A DNA stretch of 64,000 bases from Eubacteriales bacterium (GTDB taxonomy: Bacteria > Bacillota > Clostridia > Oscillospirales > CAG-272), in NCBI GenBank assembly GCA_045600005.1, contig JAZRXB010000247.1:51070-115069 (forward strand), read 5' to 3'. Position numbers and translations under genes: made by a program. Under the pieces are notes generated by a model, which saw only the letters and a list, made by a program, of their open reading frames with translations, was not told the origin of the DNA and searched no databases. Shown in pieces: positions 8,358-16,689 of this stretch (position 1 is the stretch's first letter; every line of letters begins with the position of its first letter).

Positions 8358-9791
8358 ATGCTGTCTGCATTCACTCCTTTCCGATTTGAAACCGCATCGC
8401 CCGAATCGGTCGGCATCAGCAGAGCTTCCATCGCCGCGTTCGAGGAAGAAATCCGCTCCCAGAACATCGGGCATCAGGGCTATATGCTTTACCGTCACGG
8501 CAAGCTCGCCGCTTCCTCTCTCGCCGAGCCTTACCGTCCGACCGATAAGCGGCACGTCTACTCGGTCAGCAAGAGCTGGACCAGCACTGCCGTCGGCATC
8601 GCGGTCGATGAAGGACTTCTCTCCGTCGAAGATCATCTGGTCGACTTCTTCCCGGACCTGACGCCCGAAAACGCGCCGGAAAATCTCCGCAAAATGAAGC
8701 TCCGCCACGTGCTTTCGATGAACACCGGTCATCAGACCGACACGCTCGGCAGAGTCGCTTCGCGCGAGCCGGGCTGGGCGAAGCGTTTCCTGTCGCTCGA
8801 CGTGGAAAACGAGCCCGGCACGCATTTCGCGTACAATTCCACCGCGACCTATATGCTGTCCGCCGTCCTCACCCGCGTCACCGGGCAGAGAATGGTCGAC
8901 TACCTGAAGCCGAGACTGTTCAATCCGCTGGGCATTGAAAACGTCTGGTGGGAGGAATCGCCCGAAGGCGTCAGCGACGCCGGATGGGGCATCCATGTTT
9001 CGGCGGAGGATATGTTAAAGCTCGGCGTTCTTTATCTGCACAAGGGAATGTGGGAAGGGAAGCGCATCCTGTCCGAAAAATGGGTCGAGGACGCAAGCTC
9101 CTTTGTGTCGGACAACGGCGCGAACCACGATTCCGACTGGCAGGTCGGCTACGGCTATAAGTTCTGGCGCTGCCGCCACAACTGCTACCGCGCGGACGGC
9201 GCATATGGTCAGTTCATCGTCATTTCGCCCGAAAAGGATATGGCCGCGGTCATTCTCTCCGAAGACAACCGTTTGCAGGGCATCCTCGATGTGTTCTGGG
9301 ATACGATCTTCGCGTCCCTGTCCGACGAGGCGCTGCCCGAATCCGACGGCTCGGAGGACATCGCGGTCCGTCCGTATCAGACGCTGCCCGACGGGGACGA
9401 AGCGTTTGAAGACGTTTCCTTCACTGCGGAGGACAACCCGGAGCAGATCGCCGGGCTGACGCTCCGTCATGCCGGGGACGCGCTCGCGCTGACGCTGACC
9501 GGAAAGCTCGAACATTCCATCGAGCTGATCTGCACGCGCGGACGCTGGGAATACAATCGCTTCTCGCACTGTCCGATCACGCCGACCGCTTTCCTTGCGA
9601 ACACCGCCATCGGCGTTCCCGCCGAGATCGCGGCTTCCTACGGCGTGAAGGACGGTCATCTGACCGCGGCGCTCCAGTTCGTCACCACGCCGCACGGCAT
9701 GACGCTCGATATCGACTTCGCTGCAAAGACGCTGACCGTTTCGCGCACCATCTCGCGCGGGCAAGCGGACCCGGTGATCAGACTGAGCTGA
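8358..9791 (+). CDS. serine hydrolase, beta-lactamase/transpeptidase-like (class C / esterase type)
   Basis: SxxK motif in HVYSVSKSWTSTA near the N-terminus, and a YNS (YxN-like) motif. No signal peptide. Confidence 0.7.
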   Translation: MLSAFTPFRFETASPESVGISRASIAAFEEEIRSQNIGHQGYMLYRHGKLAASSLAEPYRPTDKRHVYSVSKSWTSTAVGIAVDEGLLSVEDHLVDFFPDLTPENAPENLRKMKLRHVLSMNTGHQTDTLGRVASREPGWAKRFLSLDVENEPGTHFAYNSTATYMLSAVLTRVTGQRMVDYLKPRLFNPLGIENVWWEESPEGVSDAGWGIHVSAEDMLKLGVLYLHKGMWEGKRILSEKWVEDASSFVSDNGANHDSDWQVGYGYKFWRCRHNCYRADGAYGQFIVISPEKDMAAVILSEDNRLQGILDVFWDTIFASLSDEALPESDGSEDIAVRPYQTLPDGDEAFEDVSFTAEDNPEQIAGLTLRHAGDALALTLTGKLEHSIELICTRGRWEYNRFSHCPITPTAFLANTAIGVPAEIAASYGVKDGHLTAALQFVTTPHGMTLDIDFAAKTLTVSRTISRGQADPVIRLS

Positions 9792-9896
9792 TCGTCTGAA
9801 ATAATCTCGTCATAATATATAAAACAATTATGCGATTATGGACGACTTGCACAATTGTACTTTAATTCGTGCGAACAGCTCCGTGAAGTGCGTCAC

Positions 9897-9925
9897 TTGA
9901 CAAAACGCTCCGGATGGTGTATCAT
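9897..9925 (+). promoter_or_regulatory. sigma-A-type promoter, TTGACA-17-TATCAT with a TG extension
   Basis: TTGACA at 9897-9902, a 17-nt spacer ending in GTG, and TATCAT at 9920-9925. Confidence 0.55.
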
Positions 9926-9985
9926 ATTATCGCAAGAACAAAAAGAAGCAAAGAAGAACATGATACCAAAGGAGTGTATTGAAGA

Positions 9986-10213
9986 ATGAAAAACGCAACA
10001 ATCAAACTGAACACCATCGAAGACGTCCGCAGCTTCGTCAACATCGTTTCCAAGTACGACATGGAGATCGACCTCGTGTCCGGACGGTATATCGTCGACG
10101 CCAAGTCCATCATGGGCATCTTTTCCCTCGACCTGTTAAAGCCGATCGAACTCACCGCGCACGCGGATGATACCGACGCGCTGTTCGCCGAGCTGAAGCC
10201 CTACATGATCTGA
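9986..10213 (+). CDS. HPr-like small protein lacking the His15 phosphorylation site
   Basis: VDAKSIMGIFSL aligns with the HPr Ser46 block (KSIMGVMSL). The position of GIHARPA is occupied by IEDVRSF, so there is no His. Confidence 0.5.
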   Translation: MKNATIKLNTIEDVRSFVNIVSKYDMEIDLVSGRYIVDAKSIMGIFSLDLLKPIELTAHADDTDALFAELKPYMI

Positions 10214-10336
10214 ACCGCATAAAATGTGCCGCCCTCCTCGCCGGAGGGCGGCTTTTTTGCGCTTGGAGGTTCTGTATGGGGCGGGACGCGCATATGCTGG
10301 GAACGAAATCTGAACGAACGGAGGGCTTGTATAATA

Positions 10337-11488
10337 ATGAAGAAAAAGCTGCTGGCGGCGGTACTTGCGGCGGCGGTGTTCGGTTCCCTGCCGGGGTTCC
10401 GGGTGAAGGCTGCCGGGTACGACGCGAGATCGGTCCTTCTGATGGAAGCGGGGACGGGACGGGTGCTTTATGAGGAGAACGCGGACGAGGCGCTTCCGCC
10501 CGCGTCGGTGACGAAGATCATGACGCTTCTGCTCGTCATGGAAGCGGTCGACGACGGACGGCTCGACTGGGACGAGACGGTCTGCACGTCGGAATATGCC
10601 GCGTCGATGGGCGGCTCGCAGGTCTTTCTGAAACCGGGCGAGGAAATGCCGGTCTCGGAGATGGTCAAATGCGTCGTCGTCGCCAGCGCGAACGACGCGG
10701 CGGTCGCGCTCGCCGAAAAGGTCGCCGGGAGCGAGGAAGCGTTCGTCGCGAAGATGAACGAGCGCGCCGCGTCGCTCGGGATGAATAACACCGTCTTCAA
10801 AAACACCAACGGTCTGGACGACGCGCCGGAGGACGCCGGTCACGTGACCTCCGCGCGGGATATCGCGCTCATGTCACGGGAACTGATCGTGAAGCATCCG
10901 AAGATCCTCGAGCTGTCGTCCATCTGGATGGACACTATCCGGGACGGCGCGTTCGGGCTGACCAATACGAACCGGCTCGTGCGCTTCTACCGCGGCGCGA
11001 ACGGACTTAAGACCGGCTCGACGGCGAAAGCGGGGTTCTGCATCAGCGCGACTGCCGAACGCGGCGGAATGCAGCTCATCGCGGTGGTCATGGGCGCGCC
11101 CTCGCGCGACTCTCGCAACGATACCGCGAAAAAGCTGCTCGACTACGGCTTCGCAAACTGGGAATGCGCGCGCCTGACGCCCGAAATCCCGCCCGCCGTC
11201 CGGGTGCTGGGCGGCGTCGCGCCGGAGGCCGCGCTCACGGCGGAGGAAACGACGGTGCTTCTGCCGCGCGGGAAGACGGGCGCGTTAAAGGCGGAAATCT
11301 CGCTTCCGGAAAAAATTTCCGCGCCCGCCGCGGCGGGTCAGACGCTCGGACGCGCGGATTATTACCTTGACGGAGAGAAGATCGCGTCGATCCCGCTGAC
11401 GCTTGCCGAAAATGTGGAAAAAGTCAGCTTTTTCGGACTTTTTTCGCGCTTTCTCGGCAGGATGACCCTTTCGGAAATGAAATATTAA
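10337..11488 (+). CDS. D-alanyl-D-alanine carboxypeptidase (S11, PBP5-like) with a signal peptide
   Basis: MKKKLLAAVLAAAVFGSLPG signal. SVTKIMT (SxxK), SANDAA (SxN) and KTGST (KTG) motifs. The ORF-track start 10226 is upstream of the signal peptide. Confidence 0.85.
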   Translation: MKKKLLAAVLAAAVFGSLPGFRVKAAGYDARSVLLMEAGTGRVLYEENADEALPPASVTKIMTLLLVMEAVDDGRLDWDETVCTSEYAASMGGSQVFLKPGEEMPVSEMVKCVVVASANDAAVALAEKVAGSEEAFVAKMNERAASLGMNNTVFKNTNGLDDAPEDAGHVTSARDIALMSRELIVKHPKILELSSIWMDTIRDGAFGLTNTNRLVRFYRGANGLKTGSTAKAGFCISATAERGGMQLIAVVMGAPSRDSRNDTAKKLLDYGFANWECARLTPEIPPAVRVLGGVAPEAALTAEETTVLLPRGKTGALKAEISLPEKISAPAAAGQTLGRADYYLDGEKIASIPLTLAENVEKVSFFGLFSRFLGRMTLSEMKY

Positions 11489-11532
11489 ATGGGGTATAAA
11501 ATTACAAATACCTTACAAAGCGTTCCAACCTC

Positions 11533-11561
11533 TTGCAAAAAATCTGGGATTGTAGTATGAT
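11533..11561 (+). promoter_or_regulatory. sigma-A-type promoter, TTGCAA-17-TATGAT, upstream of the S-layer gene
   Basis: TTGCAA at 11533-11538 and TATGAT at 11556-11561. This leaves a leader of about 130 nt before the AAGGAGA SD and the ATG at 11700. Confidence 0.5.
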
Positions 11562-11699
11562 ATGTACAGGGAAAATTCCGAAGGATTCCTGTATGACCGT
11601 AAACCGGTACATTCCCGTGAGACCGGATGAGCCGACGGACGGAAAACAGGCGGACGAGGAGGATTCCCTGAAAAAAATCTAATAAGGAGAAAACACCAC

Positions 11700-14600
11700 A
11701 TGAAGAAGTTTCTTGCTTTAGTGCTTGCTATGCTCATGGTAGTAAGCGCTGCAGCGACGGTTTCTGCATTTGACGATGTTGACGCTGGCAACATTTATTA
11801 TGAAGCGATCAACAACCTCGTCACTTACAAGATCGTCAAGGGTAAGGACGCTGACGGTAAGATTTTCGATCCCGACGGCGACGTTACCAGACTCCAGCTC
11901 GCGATCATGATGTCCCGCGCTCTGACTGCTGAGGTTGAATCCGACGCTCTCTGGCAGAACGGCATCACCATTTTCCCGGACGTTGACGAATACAAGGGCG
12001 CGATCGAATTCGCATCCACCGAAGGTATCATCACCGGTTATCCGGACGGCAATTTCCTCCCGAACGCAGGCGTGTCCTACATCGAAGCTCTGACCATGGC
12101 TACCCGTGCTCTCGGCTACGACGACGGCAAGCTCGCATACCCGATGGGTTACTACACCAAGGCTAAGGCCCTCGGTCTCACCAAGGACGTTCAGGTTTAC
12201 GACCTTGACCAGGCACTTACCAGAGCTGAAACCGCTCAGATCATCTTCAACATGATCAGAATCGTTCCGGCTGACGGCGGCATGACCATCGAAGCTGCAA
12301 ACTTCGGCGTTGCTACCACCGAAAACACCACCACCTTCGTTATCACCGCTACCCCGAAGCAGGCTTATGCTGAAGGCTACAACGCTAACGAAGCAGGTTA
12401 CGTAGGTCTCCAGCTCCTCGAGAACGGCGTTCCGACGGGCGACATCGCTTACTACAACGCAGCAGCTCTCGGCATCACCGGCAACGTTGAGAACTACCTC
12501 AGCTACACCGTTGACCTCGTAAACTACAACGCAAAGACCGGCGCATTCACCTCCGCTGAAATCGGCGAAGCTGCAGACGTCGTTTACTCCACCGCTGTTA
12601 CCGCTGCTGACACCAAGTTCACGGTTGCCGGCAAGGCATACTATCCGGTAGAGAACATCACCGGCGCAGCTCTTAAGAACGAGATCGTCGTCATCAACGG
12701 CGGCGCTACCGCTACCAAGGCTAAGATGCCCCTGTTCGACAAGGATGGCAACATCGTTGATATCGAAGGCGTAGTCAAGGCTCGTTTCGCATACACCACT
12801 GCATCCGGCGCTAAGTACTATGCTGACGTCCTGAACAAGGAAGTTATCACTGAGGCCGCTGCAATCGAACTCTTCGGCGTTTACACCACCGACGGCGCAT
12901 ACACCAAGTACGCTACCATGACCGCTGCTGACATCAAGGCTTCCCAGAACTATCAGCTGAAGCTCTTCGACGACAACGGCGACGGCAAGTACGACCGCGC
13001 GATCTACACTCCTGTTTACATGTCCGTTTACACCGCTAAGGACAGCGACGGTTACGACACCGTTATCAAGAACCTTACCGGCAACAAGGTTAAGGACGCT
13101 GACATCACCTATACTGATGCTTCCGTCAAGACCAAGGGCACCATCTTCGTATACACCTGGAACGAACAGGCTAAGATCGTCGACGTTATCGACGTTCTCG
13201 AGCTCCAGGATGGCACGATCGACAAGATCGACACCACCAAGTATGTAAAGGGCAACACCAACAACGCTGACAAGAGCACCATCAAGATCACCATTGACGG
13301 TACTGCTTACAACGTAGCAAAGATCAACGACCAGAAGGTCGGCGCGAAGATCCTCACCAACGGCGCTCCTGGCTCCATCGCCAAGATCGTTTCCGACGCT
13401 AAGCTCGACTACTTCGATCACGACGCATTCATCGCAACCGCTAAGGTTGGCGCTCTCGTTAAGTTCTACGAATTCAACGGCTACATCATCTATGCTGAAA
13501 CCTACAGCCTGGAAGACAAGTTCGATATCGTTGTTCTCGACGAGTACACCTCCTACGACTCTGCTGCAGTTTACGCTGACCTCTACAAGAAGGGCGTAGT
13601 TGCAGAAGACGTTGAAGTTTCCAAGTTCGACGGCAAGGTCCTCGCAGACCTCTCCATCTTCAAGTATGCTGATTTCCTGAACACCATCACCAGCCAGAAG
13701 CCCGGCACCATCTACAAGGCAGTTGCTCTTGGCGATGGCACCACTGAACTCGGCGCTTCCCTGAAGCGTTATGATGCCAACTCCATCAAGTCCTTCAAGC
13801 TCCTTGATTCCGGTCTCTATGATGTAGATTTCTTAGACGGCATCTCTGACAACACGAACAAGGCACTTAGAATCCGCACCAACGCTTCCACCGTATTCTA
13901 CTTCATCGACGAAACCTATGGTAAGGAAAGTGTCGTTGCATACGTTGGCGCACCTGAAAAGGGCTCCATCATCAATGCAGACCAGATCCTTGTTGATAAG
14001 CTCGGCTACGGCTCCGGCAGCAACAACGGCGTTGCTTCCATCGTTATCGTTTACAACGCAACCAAGATCACTGGCTTCGGTCTCTCCGAGATCGCTACTG
14101 TCAGCGCATTCGTTAACTCCAGCCTGAACCCGACTGACAAGATCGTTGTCAACTCCGCAAAGGCATTCGGTCTCCCGAGCAACTACACCGGCAACTACTA
14201 CTACTACTCCAACGTAGCAGTTAACCTTGAAACCGGCGCAGTTCTCAGCCTCTACTCCTGCGAAAAGCTCGAAGCTGGTCACATCTACGAAGTCGACAAG
14301 AACAATGTTGTCCTCTATGACGATGTTGCTGAAGCTCTCGTAGAAACTCCTTCGGTTGATCTCGCAGTTTTCACCACCGCTGCCGACATGATCGACTTTG
14401 ACGACCAGTACATCACCTCCTCCGCTCTGGGCATTGCCCTCGCTGACAAGGTTACTACTGTCAAGGCTACCAAGGCTGACTCCATCGCAATCAAGACCTC
14501 CAAGACTGACGTTCTCAACATCCTCAAGGATGCTGCATACGTTGGCGGCGAGCTCGTAATGCTTGCTGACGGTCTCGATGATGGCGTTCTCGTCATTGTC

Positions 14601-15035
14601 TGCGCTAAGAAGGCAACCCTGCCGCCGCCTCCTCCTCCTGCAGGTCAGGCTACGCTCTCCATCGTCAACGCTATTTACAACAATGGCTCTGACATGGCAG
14701 CTAACTTCGACGGCAAGACCATCACCATGCTGAGCGACGTTGCATACGTTGCAGAAGCTACCAACGTTACCGGCACGAAGGTTGACTTCGGCGCAGCTAA
14801 CTACGGTATCTCTTCCATCGCACAGCTCGATGCTGACGGTTACTCTTGGAACGCTTACACTGTTCCCTGCAACCTGACTGCTACGATCAATGCTAACAAC
14901 AACCTCGACGTTGTTGTTGCAAAGGATGCAGCATATCCGGGCGCTGAAACGGCTCTTGACGCTGGCGTTTACGAAGTTGTTATCGACAACGACGTTACCG
15001 CTGACCTCATCACCATCTACATTATTGTAAAATAA
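11700..15035 (+). CDS. SLH-domain cell-surface protein, probable S-layer protein
   Basis: Signal peptide MKKFLALVLAMLMVVSAAATVSA. N-terminal SLH repeats (FDDVDAGNIYYEAINNLVTYKIVKG..., FPDVDEYKGAIEFASTEGIITGYPDGNFLP). Acidic, Thr/Ala/Val-rich and Cys-poor body with a PPPPPPAG linker near 14620-14640. Codon usage is visibly different from its neighbours. Confidence 0.8.
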   Translation: MKKFLALVLAMLMVVSAAATVSAFDDVDAGNIYYEAINNLVTYKIVKGKDADGKIFDPDGDVTRLQLAIMMSRALTAEVESDALWQNGITIFPDVDEYKGAIEFASTEGIITGYPDGNFLPNAGVSYIEALTMATRALGYDDGKLAYPMGYYTKAKALGLTKDVQVYDLDQALTRAETAQIIFNMIRIVPADGGMTIEAANFGVATTENTTTFVITATPKQAYAEGYNANEAGYVGLQLLENGVPTGDIAYYNAAALGITGNVENYLSYTVDLVNYNAKTGAFTSAEIGEAADVVYSTAVTAADTKFTVAGKAYYPVENITGAALKNEIVVINGGATATKAKMPLFDKDGNIVDIEGVVKARFAYTTASGAKYYADVLNKEVITEAAAIELFGVYTTDGAYTKYATMTAADIKASQNYQLKLFDDNGDGKYDRAIYTPVYMSVYTAKDSDGYDTVIKNLTGNKVKDADITYTDASVKTKGTIFVYTWNEQAKIVDVIDVLELQDGTIDKIDTTKYVKGNTNNADKSTIKITIDGTAYNVAKINDQKVGAKILTNGAPGSIAKIVSDAKLDYFDHDAFIATAKVGALVKFYEFNGYIIYAETYSLEDKFDIVVLDEYTSYDSAAVYADLYKKGVVAEDVEVSKFDGKVLADLSIFKYADFLNTITSQKPGTIYKAVALGDGTTELGASLKRYDANSIKSFKLLDSGLYDVDFLDGISDNTNKALRIRTNASTVFYFIDETYGKESVVAYVGAPEKGSIINADQILVDKLGYGSGSNNGVASIVIVYNATKITGFGLSEIATVSAFVNSSLNPTDKIVVNSAKAFGLPSNYTGNYYYYSNVAVNLETGAVLSLYSCEKLEAGHIYEVDKNNVVLYDDVAEALVETPSVDLAVFTTAADMIDFDDQYITSSALGIALADKVTTVKATKADSIAIKTSKTDVLNILKDAAYVGGELVMLADGLDDGVLVIVCAKKATLPPPPPPAGQATLSIVNAIYNNGSDMAANFDGKTITMLSDVAYVAEATNVTGTKVDFGAANYGISSIAQLDADGYSWNAYTVPCNLTATINANNNLDVVVAKDAAYPGAETALDAGVYEVVIDNDVTADLITIYIIVK

Positions 15036-15055
15036 TCGCAGATAAGTGCCAAAAA

Positions 15056-15087
15056 GGAGGCTCCCCGAAAGGGGAGTCCCCTTTTTT
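15056..15087 (+). terminator. rho-independent terminator of the S-layer gene
   Basis: GGAGGCTCCCC-GAAA-GGGGAGTCCCC followed by TTTTTT. Confidence 0.85.
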
Positions 15088-15092
15088 CATAT

Positions 15093-15215
15093 GAAGTTCA
15101 GATAAACTGAACTTATAAAGTTCAGAATAACTGAACATTATTCGGTTCGGAAATTCTGAACTATATACAGTTCAGAATAAACCGAACTTCAAATAGTTCA
15201 GAAAAACTGAACTCA
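15093..15215. repeat. five tandem units (24-26 bp period), each carrying the palindrome GTTCAG-N5/6-CTGAAC
   Basis: GTTCAG or GTTCGG starts at 15096, 15120, 15145, 15170 and 15196. The partner CTGAAC or CCGAAC starts at 15107, 15131, 15156, 15182 and 15207. Confidence 0.9.
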
Positions 15216-15221
15216 GCGCCG

Positions 15222-15253
15222 AAAAACGATCCCGCCGGGCGGCGGGATCGTTT
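15222..15253 (-). terminator. rho-independent terminator of hom (T-rich on both sides)
   Basis: AAACGATCCCGCC-GGGC-GGCGGGATCGTTT. The minus-strand reading is followed by TTTTT. Confidence 0.8.
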
Positions 15254-15259
15254 CTGCTT

Positions 15260-16450
15260 TCAGAGGATGCGGAGCGTCTGGACCGGTTTGAGCCCCTTTT
15301 CGTCCAGCGCTTTGTTAAGCGCGTTCCGCGTCATCGGAGCCGTTGTGAAGACGCTCTTTCCGTCGAGCGTCTTTTCCGCGAAGGCGGGGATCTCCGCGCC
15401 GTCGGGCAGGCGAACGTACCAGCAGGACGGAGACTCGGAGGCGGGAAGGATCTTCTCCTTCGCCAGCCGCTTCCAGATGTGTACGCTGTGCTGAGGATGC
15501 GTCAGGAAGGACGCAATGTCGATGATATCGGAGACGACAGCGCTTGCGGTCGGGAGCTTGCCCGCGCCGCGTCCGTAGAACATCACGTCGCCGATGGCGT
15601 TGCCGTTGACCAGAATGCCGTTGTACACGCCGGAAATGTTCGACAGAGGGTTGTCATAGGGGACCAGCATCGGCGCTGCCATCGCCGAGACCGTGCCGCC
15701 GCAGCGGACCGCGCGTCCGATCAGCTTGACCGCCGCGCCGAGCTTCCCGGCGTTCTCCACGTCTTCGAGCGTGACGCCGCGGATCCCTTCGGTCTCGATG
15801 CAGTCCGGCGGGACCAGCTCGCCGAACGCGGTTGCGGACAGGATGGAGATCTTGCGGCAGGTATCGATACCGTCCACGTCGGCGGAAGGATCGCGCTCGG
15901 CGTAGCCCTTCTGCTGCGCCTCGGCAAGCGCGGTGTCGAAATCCTTGCCCGCGGAGATCATCCGGGTCAGGATATAGTTTGTCGTGCCGTTGAGGATGCC
16001 GTCGACCTCGGTGATATCGTTGGCGGTCAGGCAGCTGCCGATCGGATGAATGACCGGGATGCCGCCGCCGACGCTGGCTTCAAAGAGATAGCGGACGTTA
16101 TTTTCCGCCGCGAGGGAGAGAAGCTCCGGACCGAAGTTCGCTACGACCTCCTTGTTCGAGGTGACGACGCTTTTCCCTGCTTTCAGAGCCGCCGCGGAGA
16201 AATCAAAGGCGGGATGGGAGCCGCCCATCAGCTCCGCGCAGATCTTCACCTCCGGGTCGTTCAGGATGACGTTGATGTCGTGAACGATCCTGTCCGCGAA
16301 GGGACTGTCGGGGAATTCGCGCAGGTCAAGAATGTATTTGATGCCGATCTCCTCACCGACGCGCTGCGCGATGAGCTTGGCATTCTGTGTCAGGACCTCA
16401 GCCGTGCCGCTGCCGACGACGCCGAAGCCGAAAATTGCGATCTGAATCAT
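15260..16450 (-). CDS. hom: homoserine dehydrogenase
   Basis: N-terminal IAIFGFGVVGSG Rossmann motif, then the NKEVVA, FEASVGGGIPVI and GILNGTTNYIL blocks, and a C-terminal ACT-like part. Confidence 0.9.
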   Translation of the reverse strand: MIQIAIFGFGVVGSGTAEVLTQNAKLIAQRVGEEIGIKYILDLREFPDSPFADRIVHDINVILNDPEVKICAELMGGSHPAFDFSAAALKAGKSVVTSNKEVVANFGPELLSLAAENNVRYLFEASVGGGIPVIHPIGSCLTANDITEVDGILNGTTNYILTRMISAGKDFDTALAEAQQKGYAERDPSADVDGIDTCRKISILSATAFGELVPPDCIETEGIRGVTLEDVENAGKLGAAVKLIGRAVRCGGTVSAMAAPMLVPYDNPLSNISGVYNGILVNGNAIGDVMFYGRGAGKLPTASAVVSDIIDIASFLTHPQHSVHIWKRLAKEKILPASESPSCWYVRLPDGAEIPAFAEKTLDGKSVFTTAPMTRNALNKALDEKGLKPVQTLRIL

Positions 16451-16500
16451 GTTGGACCTTCCTTTATCTGTTGTCAGACTGATGCTGGCAGATTACATCT

Positions 16501-16529
16501 ATTGTATCACATTTAACGCGGTAATGCAA
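16501..16529 (-). promoter_or_regulatory. sigma-A-type promoter of hom, TTGCAT-17-TACAAT (minus strand)
   Basis: The reverse complement of 16501-16529 reads TTGCAT-TACCGCGTTAAATGTGA-TACAAT. Confidence 0.55.
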
Positions 16530-16570
16530 TAACATTTTTCATAAAACCCGAAATTTCGTCAGGTTGGATA

Positions 16571-16660
16571 GGGATACGCTGAACAAATCGGGATTTGGGC
16601 GAAAAAATACCGGAATGTACGGGATTTTTTCGCCGAGCTCTGCCTTATTCAGCGTTTCCC
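16571..16660. repeat. nested inverted repeat: a 16-bp outer stem (2 mismatches) enclosing an 11-bp perfect GGCGAAAAAAT / ATTTTTTCGCC stem
   Basis: Outer arms at 16571-16586 and 16645-16660; inner arms at 16598-16608 and 16624-16634. It lies 30 nt downstream of the ALDH stop on the minus strand. Confidence 0.7.
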
Positions 16661-16689
16661 TGAAAAAGCCATGAAATCAGAGACCGGCG

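Noticed and set aside
11718-13421. A 567-aa minus-strand ORF inside the S-layer gene.
   Set aside because: It is a mirror artefact of the strongly biased codon usage of the plus-strand SLH gene. The translation is a Val/Gly/Asp/Ser-rich string with no SD or motifs.
11700-15035. Horizontal transfer as the explanation for the lower-GC S-layer gene.
   Set aside because: There are no flanking mobility genes or repeats. The native-type promoter and terminator, together with a codon set typical of high expression, explain the composition.
15093-15215. A CRISPR array interpretation of the five tandem repeats.
   Set aside because: The period is only 24-26 bp. The inter-palindrome segments are 6-9 nt and similar to each other, so there are no unique spacers. 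No cas genes or leader are present in the window.
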